Of a DNA stretch of 64,000 bases, positions 46,961-56,038 are shown one piece after another (position 1 is the first letter of the stretch; each line of letters starts with the position of its first letter). The stretch covers positions 11,556-75,555 of the forward strand of contig JBKDZL010000028.1 in the NCBI GenBank assembly GCA_047971145.1, in the 5' to 3' direction. Origin of the DNA: Erysipelotrichaceae bacterium (lineage in GTDB: Bacteria > Bacillota_I > Bacilli_A > Erysipelotrichales > Erysipelotrichaceae). The position numbers and the translations under genes were made by a program. The notes under the pieces were generated by a model. It saw nothing but the letters and a program-made list of their open reading frames with translations, ran no database searches and was not told the DNA's origin.

Positions 46961-48457
46961 ATGGAAAAAACAAAAAAAATAGGTTTTATTGAGCGTATTG
47001 GACGCTTTTTACCTGAATCAAATATTTTATTTTTGATTTTAATTGGTATTTTAATTGTAGTCAGCTTTTTCTTACAAGGAAATTATACTGGGGCTGATGG
47101 TATTACAACTTATCAAGTTAAAAATTTATTATCCGTTGAAGGTATTAGATGGATCTTGTATAATTTTATTAACAATTTTAGAGCATATCCACCACTTGGT
47201 ATTGTAATTGTTGGAGTTATTGGTTTTGGATTTGCTGAGAAAGTAGGTTTATTAGGAACATTAATCAAAAAAATTGGTCATTCTACTCCGGACAAATTTA
47301 TCTTACCAGTTATTATTTTAATTGGTATTAACTCTTCTATTGCAAGTGATGCAGGGTATGTGGTGCTTATCCCTTTAGCTGGAGCTTTATATGCTGGATT
47401 GGGTAGAAATCCTTTAGTAGGTATTGCCGCAGCTTTCGCAGGGGTTTCAGCTGGCTTTGGGGCAGCTTTTATTCCGACACCAGGTGATGGTTTATTGGGT
47501 AATATTAGTGAGAAAGTAGTTGAAGATATTATGGGGAAAGAATTTTTATTTAATCCAGTTACCATGAATCTAATATTCATGTTTGTCTCTACTATTTTCT
47601 TGACCGTTTTAATCACTTTTGTTACTAAAAAGTTTGTAGAGCCTAAGGCGGATCACTATGATATTACAATACCTAATGAGGGCCAAATTGAAATTGGTAA
47701 ATTAACTACAGAAGAAAGTAAGGGTCTTAAATCTTCTCTAGTGGCATTGATTATTGTAATATGTACTTTTGTAGCTCTATATTTTTTAGGGCCACTGCAA
47801 AGTTTTGTAAATGAGGCTGGTGATCTTAAAAATCCTTTATTAGATAATATTATTGTAATTATGATTGCCTTATTTTTATTCCCATCATTGGCTTTCGGTA
47901 TTACTACTAATAAAGTTAAAAATAGTAAAGACTATATTGAAATCACTACTAATTCAATGAAAGATATGGCATATATTTTAGTCTTTGCTGTTTTCGCTGG
48001 TAACTTTCTAGCTATCTTTAGTTTTAGTGGTATTTCTAACTATATTGCCCATAATGGAGCTTTACTATTAATAAATTTAAATATTCAAAATGATATTTTA
48101 TTAATCATTGCCTTTATTATTATTTGTGCCTTTATTAATTTATTCATGGGCTCAGCAAGTGCTAAGTGGGTTTTACTAGCACCAATTTTCATAGTTATGT
48201 TAGATAGTGTATCAGGTGGTAGTTTAAGTGCAGATTATGTGCAATTAGCTTATCGTATTGCCGATTCATCAACTAATATTATTACTCCTTTAATGTCTTA
48301 TATGGGTATTATTTTATTGACTGCCAAAAAATATGCACCTAAGTTTGAAGTTGCAAATCTAATTTCTATTATGATGCCTTATTCTTGGTCAATATTAATT
48401 GGTTGGTCAACCTTCTTTATCATTTGGATGGTACTTGGCTTACCAATTGGTATCTAA
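46961..48457 (+). CDS. AbgT-family transporter (p-aminobenzoyl-glutamate / antimetabolite efflux family)
   Basis: About 498 aa, polytopic. N-terminal KKIGFIERIGRFLPES, plus DAGYVVLIPLAGALYAGLGRNPLVGIAAAFAGVSAGFGA, typical of AbgT/MtrF. Start set to the ATG at 46961 after GGGGAGG. Confidence 0.85.
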   Translation: MEKTKKIGFIERIGRFLPESNILFLILIGILIVVSFFLQGNYTGADGITTYQVKNLLSVEGIRWILYNFINNFRAYPPLGIVIVGVIGFGFAEKVGLLGTLIKKIGHSTPDKFILPVIILIGINSSIASDAGYVVLIPLAGALYAGLGRNPLVGIAAAFAGVSAGFGAAFIPTPGDGLLGNISEKVVEDIMGKEFLFNPVTMNLIFMFVSTIFLTVLITFVTKKFVEPKADHYDITIPNEGQIEIGKLTTEESKGLKSSLVALIIVICTFVALYFLGPLQSFVNEAGDLKNPLLDNIIVIMIALFLFPSLAFGITTNKVKNSKDYIEITTNSMKDMAYILVFAVFAGNFLAIFSFSGISNYIAHNGALLLINLNIQNDILLIIAFIIICAFINLFMGSASAKWVLLAPIFIVMLDSVSGGSLSADYVQLAYRIADSSTNIITPLMSYMGIILLTAKKYAPKFEVANLISIMMPYSWSILIGWSTFFIIWMVLGLPIGI

Positions 48458-48483
48458 TAAATTTATTATCTTAATTCTTTATC

Positions 48484-48513
48484 AAGTCTCTAATCTAATT
48501 AGAGACTTTTTTA
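48484..48513. terminator. Bidirectional rho-independent terminator between the AbgT gene and the metal-permease operon end
   Basis: AAGTCTCTAA-tctaa-TTAGAGACTT followed by TTTT. Confidence 0.65.
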
Positions 48514-48521
48514 TTAGCTAA

Positions 48522-49619
48522 CTAATGATCAAAGATGATTTTTCCCTCTTGTTGGATTTTTATAAAACCACTCTCAGTTAAACAGTATGTCTGATCGCTT
48601 ACACTTAAATAATTTTGCTGTTTTAATTCCTTTAAAACTTTCAAAATATAACTGTTTTTCCAACCCAAAATTCTAGTAAAATCACTAATACTTAAACATT
48701 GATATTCTTCTAATAAGAATAAAATCACAAGTTTATTAAACTGTTTCTTTTGTTTCGTGCTTCTTATTTTTTTAGTAATGTAGCCTTCACTATGGGAAAA
48801 CATAAAAACAAAGACAAAGCTAATACCAGTCATAAGTGCCATAGAACCGGCAATACTTACATCAAAGAATCTTGAAATTTGATAGCCGATTACTACATTA
48901 AAAATTGCAAAAAGACAACTAATAAAAATCATTTTCTTTAAATCATTAGTTAATAAATACGCACTAATCGGTGGGCCAATCATAAAAGCAATAACTAATA
49001 TTGACCCTACTGCACTAAAGGCACTTACTGCAGTTAATGAAACCAAACTCATTAAAAGATAGTTTAAAACAACTGGTGAAAAACCTAATACTGCAGCCAA
49101 AACAGGATCAAAACTAGCAATTTTAAACTCTTTAAATAAAACAGCAATAACAACAATATTAATCAATAAAACAATTGCAGCATTAATATAGGCACTAGGA
49201 ATACTAATACCAAATAAAATTATTCTATCTAATGGCGCAAAAGCTAACTCCCCCAATAACACTGCATCAGTATCTAAGTGAGCTCCACTACCAACAGTGC
49301 TAATTAAAACAATCGCAATACTAAAGATAAAAGGAAAGACTACTCCAATGGCAGCCTCTTCTGCTAAAAGCTTAGTATTCTTGAGACCCTCAACTAAATA
49401 AACTGTTATTAATCCAACAATGCTAGCACCAACTAATAGCCAAGGTGATGAAAGATCACCTACTGCAAAAAAAGCTAAAACTATTCCTAATAAAACTGTA
49501 TGCGTTATCGCATCACTCATCATTGACATTTTCTTTAATACCAGAAAAACGCCAACTAAACTACAGGCAACTGAAACTAGTGAAGCAATAATCATTATTT
49601 CTACTTGTAACATACTCAT
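48522..49619 (-). CDS. Metal (Mn/Fe/Zn-type, ABC-3 family) ABC transporter permease with a C-terminal winged-helix-like extension
   Basis: ABC-3 permease core (MMSDAITHTVLLGIVLAF...) followed by about 80 extra residues: FNKLVILFLLEEYQCLSISDFTRILGWKNSYILKVLKELKQQNYLSVSDQTYCLTESG. Confidence 0.85.
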   Translation of the reverse strand: MSMLQVEIMIIASLVSVACSLVGVFLVLKKMSMMSDAITHTVLLGIVLAFFAVGDLSSPWLLVGASIVGLITVYLVEGLKNTKLLAEEAAIGVVFPFIFSIAIVLISTVGSGAHLDTDAVLLGELAFAPLDRIILFGISIPSAYINAAIVLLINIVVIAVLFKEFKIASFDPVLAAVLGFSPVVLNYLLMSLVSLTAVSAFSAVGSILVIAFMIGPPISAYLLTNDLKKMIFISCLFAIFNVVIGYQISRFFDVSIAGSMALMTGISFVFVFMFSHSEGYITKKIRSTKQKKQFNKLVILFLLEEYQCLSISDFTRILGWKNSYILKVLKELKQQNYLSVSDQTYCLTESGFIKIQQEGKIIFDH

Positions 49620-50728
49620 AGCTCTACCCCCTGCTGAATTAGTAATTCAAGACCTGCAGCACACAGTGTTAGTTCTTGATCATTAATAACCAATAATTTC
49701 CGCTTACTTAAGTTATTAAGTAATTTGTTAAAATGCTTATCAGTTATTTTGTGATTATCAATAGTATTGATATAAAAATCAGTTTTATCAAATCTGGCTT
49801 TGACATCCTTATCATGGTGAGAAAAATAATGAATCAGTAACATTTCAGCCTCAAAACATTTAATCGCATATTTTTTTTGTATATGTTTATGCACTATTCC
49901 TCTTTTAGGAGCTAACAGTATACTGACAAAAACAAAGGTACTAACAATTAAAACAATTGCAGGACCAGTGGGAAAACCACTAATAGACGAAGAAATAACA
50001 GTACCAGTAAAACCACTAATAGCACCGATTATTATTGCCAAAAGAACCATTGAAAGTAATGAGCTACTCCATTGTCTTGCTGCTACAGCAGGAGCGATAA
50101 TAAGTGCACTCATTAAAACAACACCGACCATTTGAATACCCACAATAACACTGGCTACAATAAAGGCATTAAGTAATAAATTTATAAATCTGCAAGAAAA
50201 GCCCGAAGTACACGAAAAAGTTTCATCAAAAATAAATAGTTTGATTTCTTTCCAAAAAATTATAATAAGTATTAAAACAAGCAAAGTTACTACTACAATT
50301 AAAACAACATCTTGTAGTAAAATAGTAGCAGCCTGACCAAACAAAAAGCGATTCAAACCAGCCTGATTAGCATTAGGGAACTTTTGAATCTCAGTTAGTA
50401 ACATCAAGCCAAAACCAAAGAAACTGGACATTACTAAGGCCATCGCACTCTCAAAATTAATTCTCGTATTATTAGAAAAGAAATCAATAATAAAAGTAGT
50501 AATTAAACCAACAACTAATGCCCCCAACAATAAAACTTCAGTATTTTTACTTTGAGTCAAAATAAAAGCTACCGCAATACCTGCTAATGATGAGTGAGCT
50601 ATACTATCACCAATCAAACTCTGCTTCCGCAAGACCGCAAAAACTCCAGTAACACCACATAAAATACCTAAAGCGATGCCACCTAAAGCCACAACTTGAA
50701 AAGTATAGTCATTAAATAATTCAGTCAT
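49616..50728 (-). CDS. Metal ABC-3 family transporter permease with a C-terminal extension
   Basis: Core motif LIGDSIAHSSLAGIAVAF, plus about 95 extra C-terminal residues. Start set to the ATG at 50728, which overlaps the upstream ATPase TGA stop (AATGACTGA). Confidence 0.8.
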   Translation of the reverse strand: MTELFNDYTFQVVALGGIALGILCGVTGVFAVLRKQSLIGDSIAHSSLAGIAVAFILTQSKNTEVLLLGALVVGLITTFIIDFFSNNTRINFESAMALVMSSFFGFGLMLLTEIQKFPNANQAGLNRFLFGQAATILLQDVVLIVVVTLLVLILIIIFWKEIKLFIFDETFSCTSGFSCRFINLLLNAFIVASVIVGIQMVGVVLMSALIIAPAVAARQWSSSLLSMVLLAIIIGAISGFTGTVISSSISGFPTGPAIVLIVSTFVFVSILLAPKRGIVHKHIQKKYAIKCFEAEMLLIHYFSHHDKDVKARFDKTDFYINTIDNHKITDKHFNKLLNNLSKRKLLVINDQELTLCAAGLELLIQQGVEL

Positions 50729-51443
50729 TTTTTGTACTTCTTCTTCCATATGCTTTATTAATATTATCTTTAGTAAAAGTAGATTCAACACTGCCACTCG
50801 CTAAAAGCTTAACATTAATTAATACTACATTGTCGAAATATTTTTCCACTGTATTTAAATCATGATGGACCGCAATCACACTACCACCATTATCGGTAAT
50901 CTCTTTTAACAATTTCATTAATACCGCCTCACTAACAGCATCAACGCCTTTTAAAGGCTCATCTAATATATAAATATCTGCTTTTTGAGCTAAAGCCCTA
51001 GCTAAAAAAACTCTTTGTTGTTGGCCACCGGATAATTGACGGATCTGACGATCTTTAAAATCGGACATTCCGACCTTTTCAATCATTTGTGCAGCAATTT
51101 CTTTATCTTTTTGAGTTACACATTAAATCCAACCAATTAAGCCATCACGTCCCATCCAAACAATGTCTTCAACAGTAGCAGGAAAATCCCAATATACACT
51201 ACCACTCTGGGGCACATAGGCAATTCTACTTACATCATCATTCTCTAAAATTTTAACAATTCCAGAAATTGGTTTAATCAGACCCATAATCGCCTTCACT
51301 AAGGTACTCTTACCAGCTCCATTAGGTCCCACAATTGCAGTCAGCTTAGCTTTTTCAAACTCTAGATCAATGTCCCAAACAACTGGTTTAATATCATATG
51401 CTACTGTAATATCTTCAACTTTGATTGCCCACTTATTACTCAT
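50721..51443 (-). pseudogene. Metal ABC transporter ATP-binding protein interrupted by one in-frame TAA
   Basis: Track ORFs 51123-51443 (Walker A GPNGAGKST, Q-loop VPQ) and 50721-51086 (LSGGQQQR, ILDEPLKGVD, VHHD) are in the same frame. They are joined by TAA (51125-51123) and 12 sense codons (CVTQKDKEIAAQ). The total of 240 codons equals a normal single ATPase. Confidence 0.75.
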
Positions 51444-52092
51444 CTTTTATAATCCTTTCAATTAATATTTCTTTACAAGCTTGATATGAGAGCTCGTAGT
51501 GCTTATTTTCATTTTGCAAGTATCTACTACCATCATACTCATTTATTACTTTAAGTGATAATTTCATACCCTTCTTTAGACCCTTGTCATTAATATATTT
51601 AAGAAAATTAGGCTCATTAGCTAATTCTTTAATCACAAAATCATCTAATGAGTTTAACTCACTTAAGCGCATAATTTTTTTATTGCTCTGTTTGGAGTTT
51701 CCATAAATTATTTTACCATGGGGGCAAACTTCCGGATAATTTAAAAACTCATTAAGTTTATTTGCCAAAGATTCCGAGGTCGCATGCTCTAAAATTTCTG
51801 CTTCGGCATGGGTACTATCCCAACTATAATTTAAATGTTTAACTAAAAAAACTTCCCATAAGCGATGTTTTCTTAATACTTTTTTCACATCATCAATTCC
51901 CTGATCATTTAAAATATACCCTAAGGTATTATCTTTTTTAATTTTATTAGTTAAAATTAATTTTCGCAACATTTCACTAACTGAGGGCGGAGACACCCTT
52001 AGGACACTTGCAATTAACTTGTTTGTAACTTTATCATTACTCTTATTACAATTATAAATTACTTTTAAATAATCTTCTCTACTTGGCGTCAT
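51436..52092 (-). CDS. DtxR-family metal-dependent transcriptional repressor (ScaR/SloR/TroR-like, with a C-terminal SH3/FeoA-like domain)
   Basis: MTPSREDYLKVIY...VSPPSVSEMLRKL...RKHRLWEVFL...HAEAEILEH is DtxR family. Start set to the ATG at 52092, with GAGGA 5 nt upstream. Confidence 0.88.
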   Translation of the reverse strand: MTPSREDYLKVIYNCNKSNDKVTNKLIASVLRVSPPSVSEMLRKLILTNKIKKDNTLGYILNDQGIDDVKKVLRKHRLWEVFLVKHLNYSWDSTHAEAEILEHATSESLANKLNEFLNYPEVCPHGKIIYGNSKQSNKKIMRLSELNSLDDFVIKELANEPNFLKYINDKGLKKGMKLSLKVINEYDGSRYLQNENKHYELSYQACKEILIERIIKDE

Positions 52093-52107
52093 TACTATCC
52101 TCACTTT

Positions 52108-52121
52108 TTAGGTGTACCTAA
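52108..52121. promoter_or_regulatory. DtxR-type operator (TTAGGTGTACCTAA) abutting the -10 of the repressor/ABC operon promoter
   Basis: Inverted repeat TTAGGT-gt-ACCTAA. On the reverse strand TTGCCA (52150-52145)-17 nt-TATAAT (52127-52122) is followed directly by the box. Confidence 0.65.
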
Positions 52122-52159
52122 ATTATATCTTATTTATCAAGACATGGCAAGAATAATAA

Positions 52160-52188
52160 TTGCATTTCTATTAATTTTAAGATAAAAT
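52160..52188 (+). promoter_or_regulatory. Promoter TTGCAT-17 nt-TAAAAT for the metal-binding lipoprotein gene
   Basis: TTGCAT at 52160-52165 and TAAAAT at 52183-52188. Confidence 0.55.
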
Positions 52189-52197
52189 GATAATTGT

Positions 52198-52211
52198 TTA
52201 GGTTATCCTAA
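52198..52211. promoter_or_regulatory. DtxR-type operator (TTAGGTTATCCTAA) between the -10 and the RBS of the metal-binding lipoprotein gene
   Basis: 13/14 match to the first 14 nt (TTAGGTTAGCCTAA) of the classical DtxR consensus TTAGGTTAGCCTAACCTAA. Located 10 nt downstream of the -10. Confidence 0.65.
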
Positions 52212-52226
52212 CTATGAGGAGTTATT

Positions 52227-53117
52227 ATGAAAAAAAGTATTATCCTAATATTATTATTTGCATTATTAAGTGGCTGTGCCAATACTAGCTTTACTGATAA
52301 TGGCAAAATAAATGTAGTTGCGACTACTACCATGGTTGCTGATTTAGTTAGTGAAATTGGCGCCGATTATATCAATCTTATTGGTTTAATGGAAATTGGT
52401 GTTGACCCTCATCTTTATCAAGCCAAAGCTAGTGATGCCGAAACTTTGTATAATGCTAATGTTGTGGTTTATAATGGAGTGCATCTTGAAGCAAAATTGG
52501 CCGAGGTATTGGGTTACTTAGATAATACCATTTCACTAGAAAATGGTTTAGTAACAAGTGAGCTAATAACTATTACTGAGCAAAGTTATGATCCTCATAT
52601 TTGGTTTAGTATCAATTTATGGAAAAAAGCTGCCCAAGAAGTTGCAGAAGAGTTAAGTATAATTGATCCAGAAAATGCTGATGGTTATCAAAAAAACTTA
52701 GAACTTTATTTAATAGAATTAGATGATTTAAAAGAATATGCTACCAAAGAAATTAATAAAATTCCTTTAGAACAAAGAATTTTAGTAACAGCTCATGATG
52801 CCTTTGCCTATTTCGCTGAGGAGTTCAACTTCGAAGTAAAGGCAATTCAAGGTATTAGTACTCAAGCAGAAGCTTCTACTTCAGTTATTAGTGATTTAGC
52901 AGATTATATTGTCGAGAATCAAATACCCGCTATTTTTAGTGAATCCTCAATTTCACCTAAGACTATTACCTCACTACAAGATGCAGTAAGATCAAGAGGT
53001 TATCAAGTTTTAGTTGGTGAAGAATTATACTCTGATTCACTAAAACAAGATTCTAATTATTTAGAAACCTTTAGAGCAAATGTAGATGCGATAGTAAGTG
53101 CCCTCAAGCAAGGATAG
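52227..53117 (+). CDS. Metal ABC transporter substrate-binding lipoprotein (cluster A-I, PsaA/TroA/MntA-like)
   Basis: Lipobox LLSGC. Metal-ligand contexts DPHLYQ, DPHIWF and TAHDAFAYF. Confidence 0.9.
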   Translation: MKKSIILILLFALLSGCANTSFTDNGKINVVATTTMVADLVSEIGADYINLIGLMEIGVDPHLYQAKASDAETLYNANVVVYNGVHLEAKLAEVLGYLDNTISLENGLVTSELITITEQSYDPHIWFSINLWKKAAQEVAEELSIIDPENADGYQKNLELYLIELDDLKEYATKEINKIPLEQRILVTAHDAFAYFAEEFNFEVKAIQGISTQAEASTSVISDLADYIVENQIPAIFSESSISPKTITSLQDAVRSRGYQVLVGEELYSDSLKQDSNYLETFRANVDAIVSALKQG

Positions 53118-53123
53118 ACTTAA

Positions 53124-54122
53124 TTATTTTTTATTGATTTTAGTAAATTTATATGATGTAGTTTGAAAATAAGGGTTCTCAGCATCATAAAAACTAGTGA
53201 TTAACTCTGGCATATTAATACTATTTGGTATTTCTTGAACTTCTAAAGCAATAAATTGTTGAGCTTTGCCCAATATTCCACCTTCGAGTATAATTTGCTC
53301 ACTAAACCAATTGGCAGTATAAACCACTACTGCTTCTTGATCAGTTTCAATTTCTAAACAATAACCAGTGTCAAAATTTTCTAATTTTATAGTATTACTA
53401 TCTAAATAAAAAGGATGGTCAAAGCCTTTAGTAGTTTTAAATTCGCTAGAATTTTTTAATAATTGCTCACCAATATTGGCACCTTTTCTAAAATTATATG
53501 GACTATTATCAGGAATTTCTACCATTTTATCAGGATAGTTATCCTTAGTAATACGAGCTCTAGCATTGGCAGGGATAGTTAAGATATGATTTCTGATATC
53601 ACTGGCACTACTACCTAAATTGAAATATAAATGATTAGTAAGATTCAATAAACTACGACTTGGCGGAATACACTGATAATCAATTTTTAATGTGTTTTCT
53701 TGAAGTGTATATATTATTTGATATCGATAAGCGCCCTGAGGATAGCCATCATCTTCATGATTCGCAATTAATGTCAATTTTAGTTTGCTTGCTGATATTT
53801 CTTCTACTAAAAAATATTTTTTGCTGGTAGTACTAAATCCACCATGTAAATGATGCTTATTACTATTAGCACTTAAGCCAATAATATTGTCATTATCTAA
53901 ATAATGAGCATACGCAATTCTACCAGCTGTTGGTCCCACTATAGAATTCATATATGGGTTAATATCACTTAAATAATCCTCGTTTTTAGCTAAAGTTGCT
54001 ACCATATTAACTTCAAGATTATCGTTTTTATAATAAATAGCCTTGATAGTTGCACCATAATTTAAAATACTTACTCTTAAAAATTTATTCTCTATACTAT
54101 ATTCTTTTAATTGATGTTTCAT
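53124..54122 (-). CDS. galM: Aldose 1-epimerase (galactose mutarotase family)
   Basis: NHLHGG, TNHLYFNL and FDHPF are typical mutarotase motifs. AAGGAG RBS. Confidence 0.85.
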   Translation of the reverse strand: MKHQLKEYSIENKFLRVSILNYGATIKAIYYKNDNLEVNMVATLAKNEDYLSDINPYMNSIVGPTAGRIAYAHYLDNDNIIGLSANSNKHHLHGGFSTTSKKYFLVEEISASKLKLTLIANHEDDGYPQGAYRYQIIYTLQENTLKIDYQCIPPSRSLLNLTNHLYFNLGSSASDIRNHILTIPANARARITKDNYPDKMVEIPDNSPYNFRKGANIGEQLLKNSSEFKTTKGFDHPFYLDSNTIKLENFDTGYCLEIETDQEAVVVYTANWFSEQIILEGGILGKAQQFIALEVQEIPNSINMPELITSFYDAENPYFQTTSYKFTKINKK

Positions 54123-54217
54123 ACTAGCTCCTTAAAATAGTTCTTATTTAAATTATACTATGAATTTATTTTTCAAACAAACTAAACATCCTCTGAATAT
54201 GATACAATTATTACAGT

Positions 54218-54997
54218 ATGAATTTGAAATGTCCTCTTTGTGAAAAGCAATTAATTAAAAATTCTAAAACTTTTACTTGTTTAAATAATCATTGTTTTGA
54301 TATTGCCAAACAGGGCTATCTTAATCTTCATATGAGTAGTTCTCAAAAGAATTTTGGTGATGATAAGGAAATGGTTGAAGCTAGAGCTAACTTTTTGAAT
54401 AAAGGTTATTATCTTAGTTTAAAAAATAAATTAAATACAATCATGAAACAATTAAACATTGAGACTTTAGTAGATTGCGCCTGTGGCGAGGGTTATTATA
54501 CTAAAGATTTTCCTGTTGCTTCAATTGGTGTAGATTTGTCCAAAGCTGCTATTATTAGGGCAAGTAAAGTCGACCAAAAAAATCAGTATCTTATTAGTAG
54601 TATTTTTAAGTTACCACTCTATGATAAATGTACTGATGCTATAACTGTCTTATTTGCTCCAATTGCCATAAAAGAAATTGAACGCCTATTAAAAGATGAG
54701 GGCTATTTAATTAGTGTTAGTACTGGTCCTAACCATCTTTGGCAATTAAAAGAAGTTCTTTATGCTATCCCTTACAAGAATCAAATAAATAATCCTGAAA
54801 CTTCTTTGAAGAAAATAAACACTTATAAAATTCACAAAAAAATTACACTTACAAACCAAGAGGACATCAATAACCTTTTTAAGATGACGCCTTATTATTA
54901 TAAAACTTCACTAGATGATAAAAGCAAATTAAACAAACTTAATTACTTAGAAACTGAAATTGAATTTATTATTAATGTTTATCAAAATAAGCTATAG
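54218..54997 (+). CDS. rlmA: 23S rRNA (guanine-N1)-methyltransferase RlmA-like
   Basis: N-terminal zinc-ribbon CPLCEKQL...CLNNHCFDIAKQGYLNL, and the SAM motif DCACGEGYY. Confidence 0.8.
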   Translation: MNLKCPLCEKQLIKNSKTFTCLNNHCFDIAKQGYLNLHMSSSQKNFGDDKEMVEARANFLNKGYYLSLKNKLNTIMKQLNIETLVDCACGEGYYTKDFPVASIGVDLSKAAIIRASKVDQKNQYLISSIFKLPLYDKCTDAITVLFAPIAIKEIERLLKDEGYLISVSTGPNHLWQLKEVLYAIPYKNQINNPETSLKKINTYKIHKKITLTNQEDINNLFKMTPYYYKTSLDDKSKLNKLNYLETEIEFIINVYQNKL

Positions 54998-55990
54998 CTA
55001 TTGAAATTTTTTAATTTGTTTTTTCAACCAATGATCATCACTTAATAATGCTCTGCCTATTCCTACTAAATCAGTATCTTGACTCACAATTAATTCCTCA
55101 GCAGCAGCTAAATCTTTAATACCACCGGTTAAAATAACCGGAATAGAAACCACCTCTTTAATTGGTTTGCTTAAAATTTTAAAGTAACCAGCTTTTGTTA
55201 AACCTTTGCCATTGTAACCATTGAAGCCACCAGAGATGTCCAAGACATCCACTCCTGCTTGCTCTAGAGCTTTTGCGACCTCAATTGACTCAGCAATATT
55301 CAAGCCTCCTGGCATAAAATCACAGGCACCTAAGCGAAAATAAATTGGAAAATCATCACCTACTGCTTTTCTAATTTTTTGAGTGATTTCTAAATGTAAT
55401 CTCATCCGATTAGCTAAAGAACCTCCATATTGGTCTACTCTTTTATTGGTGATTGGTGATAAGAATTGACTAAGCAGATATCCATGAGCCCCATGAATTT
55501 CCACACCATCAAAACCAGCTAATTTGACTCTAATACTAGCTTCAGTAAAAGCTTCTTTTATCTCTTCAATTTCATCTATACTAAGCTCTCTACCAATTTC
55601 ACTCTGTCCTGGCCGACAAGTCATAGAGGGACCAACAATTGTTTCTTTAATTATTTTTTCCTTAGCACTAAGACCAGCATGATTAATTTGAACTACAGCC
55701 TTAGTATTGTTGTTATGAATTGTATCAGCTAGTTTTTTTAAACCAGGAAGATACTCATCACTCATAATAGACATTTGATCTTTAGTTGCTTGAGCATTTT
55801 TACAAATATAACAATGCTCTATGATAATTAATGCAAGATTGCCATCTTTAGATTTATTATCATAATATTTTAAAATTTCTGGGCTAACAAAACCTAACTC
55901 ACTTGCTTTACTAGTAGCCATAGGTGGCATAACTATCCTATTTTTAAAAGTTATCTTTTTAGTTTTTAATTCGCTTAACACCTGTTTCAT
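54998..55990 (-). CDS. NADH:flavin oxidoreductase, Old Yellow Enzyme family
   Basis: MPPMAT, QINHAG, GFDGVEIHGAHGYLLSQFLSP and GIGRALL. Confidence 0.85.
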   Translation of the reverse strand: MKQVLSELKTKKITFKNRIVMPPMATSKASELGFVSPEILKYYDNKSKDGNLALIIIEHCYICKNAQATKDQMSIMSDEYLPGLKKLADTIHNNNTKAVVQINHAGLSAKEKIIKETIVGPSMTCRPGQSEIGRELSIDEIEEIKEAFTEASIRVKLAGFDGVEIHGAHGYLLSQFLSPITNKRVDQYGGSLANRMRLHLEITQKIRKAVGDDFPIYFRLGACDFMPGGLNIAESIEVAKALEQAGVDVLDISGGFNGYNGKGLTKAGYFKILSKPIKEVVSIPVILTGGIKDLAAAEELIVSQDTDLVGIGRALLSDDHWLKKQIKKFQ

Positions 55991-56038
55991 AATAATACCT
56001 CATAAATATATTTTAACATAAAGTTCATGTTGCTAATA

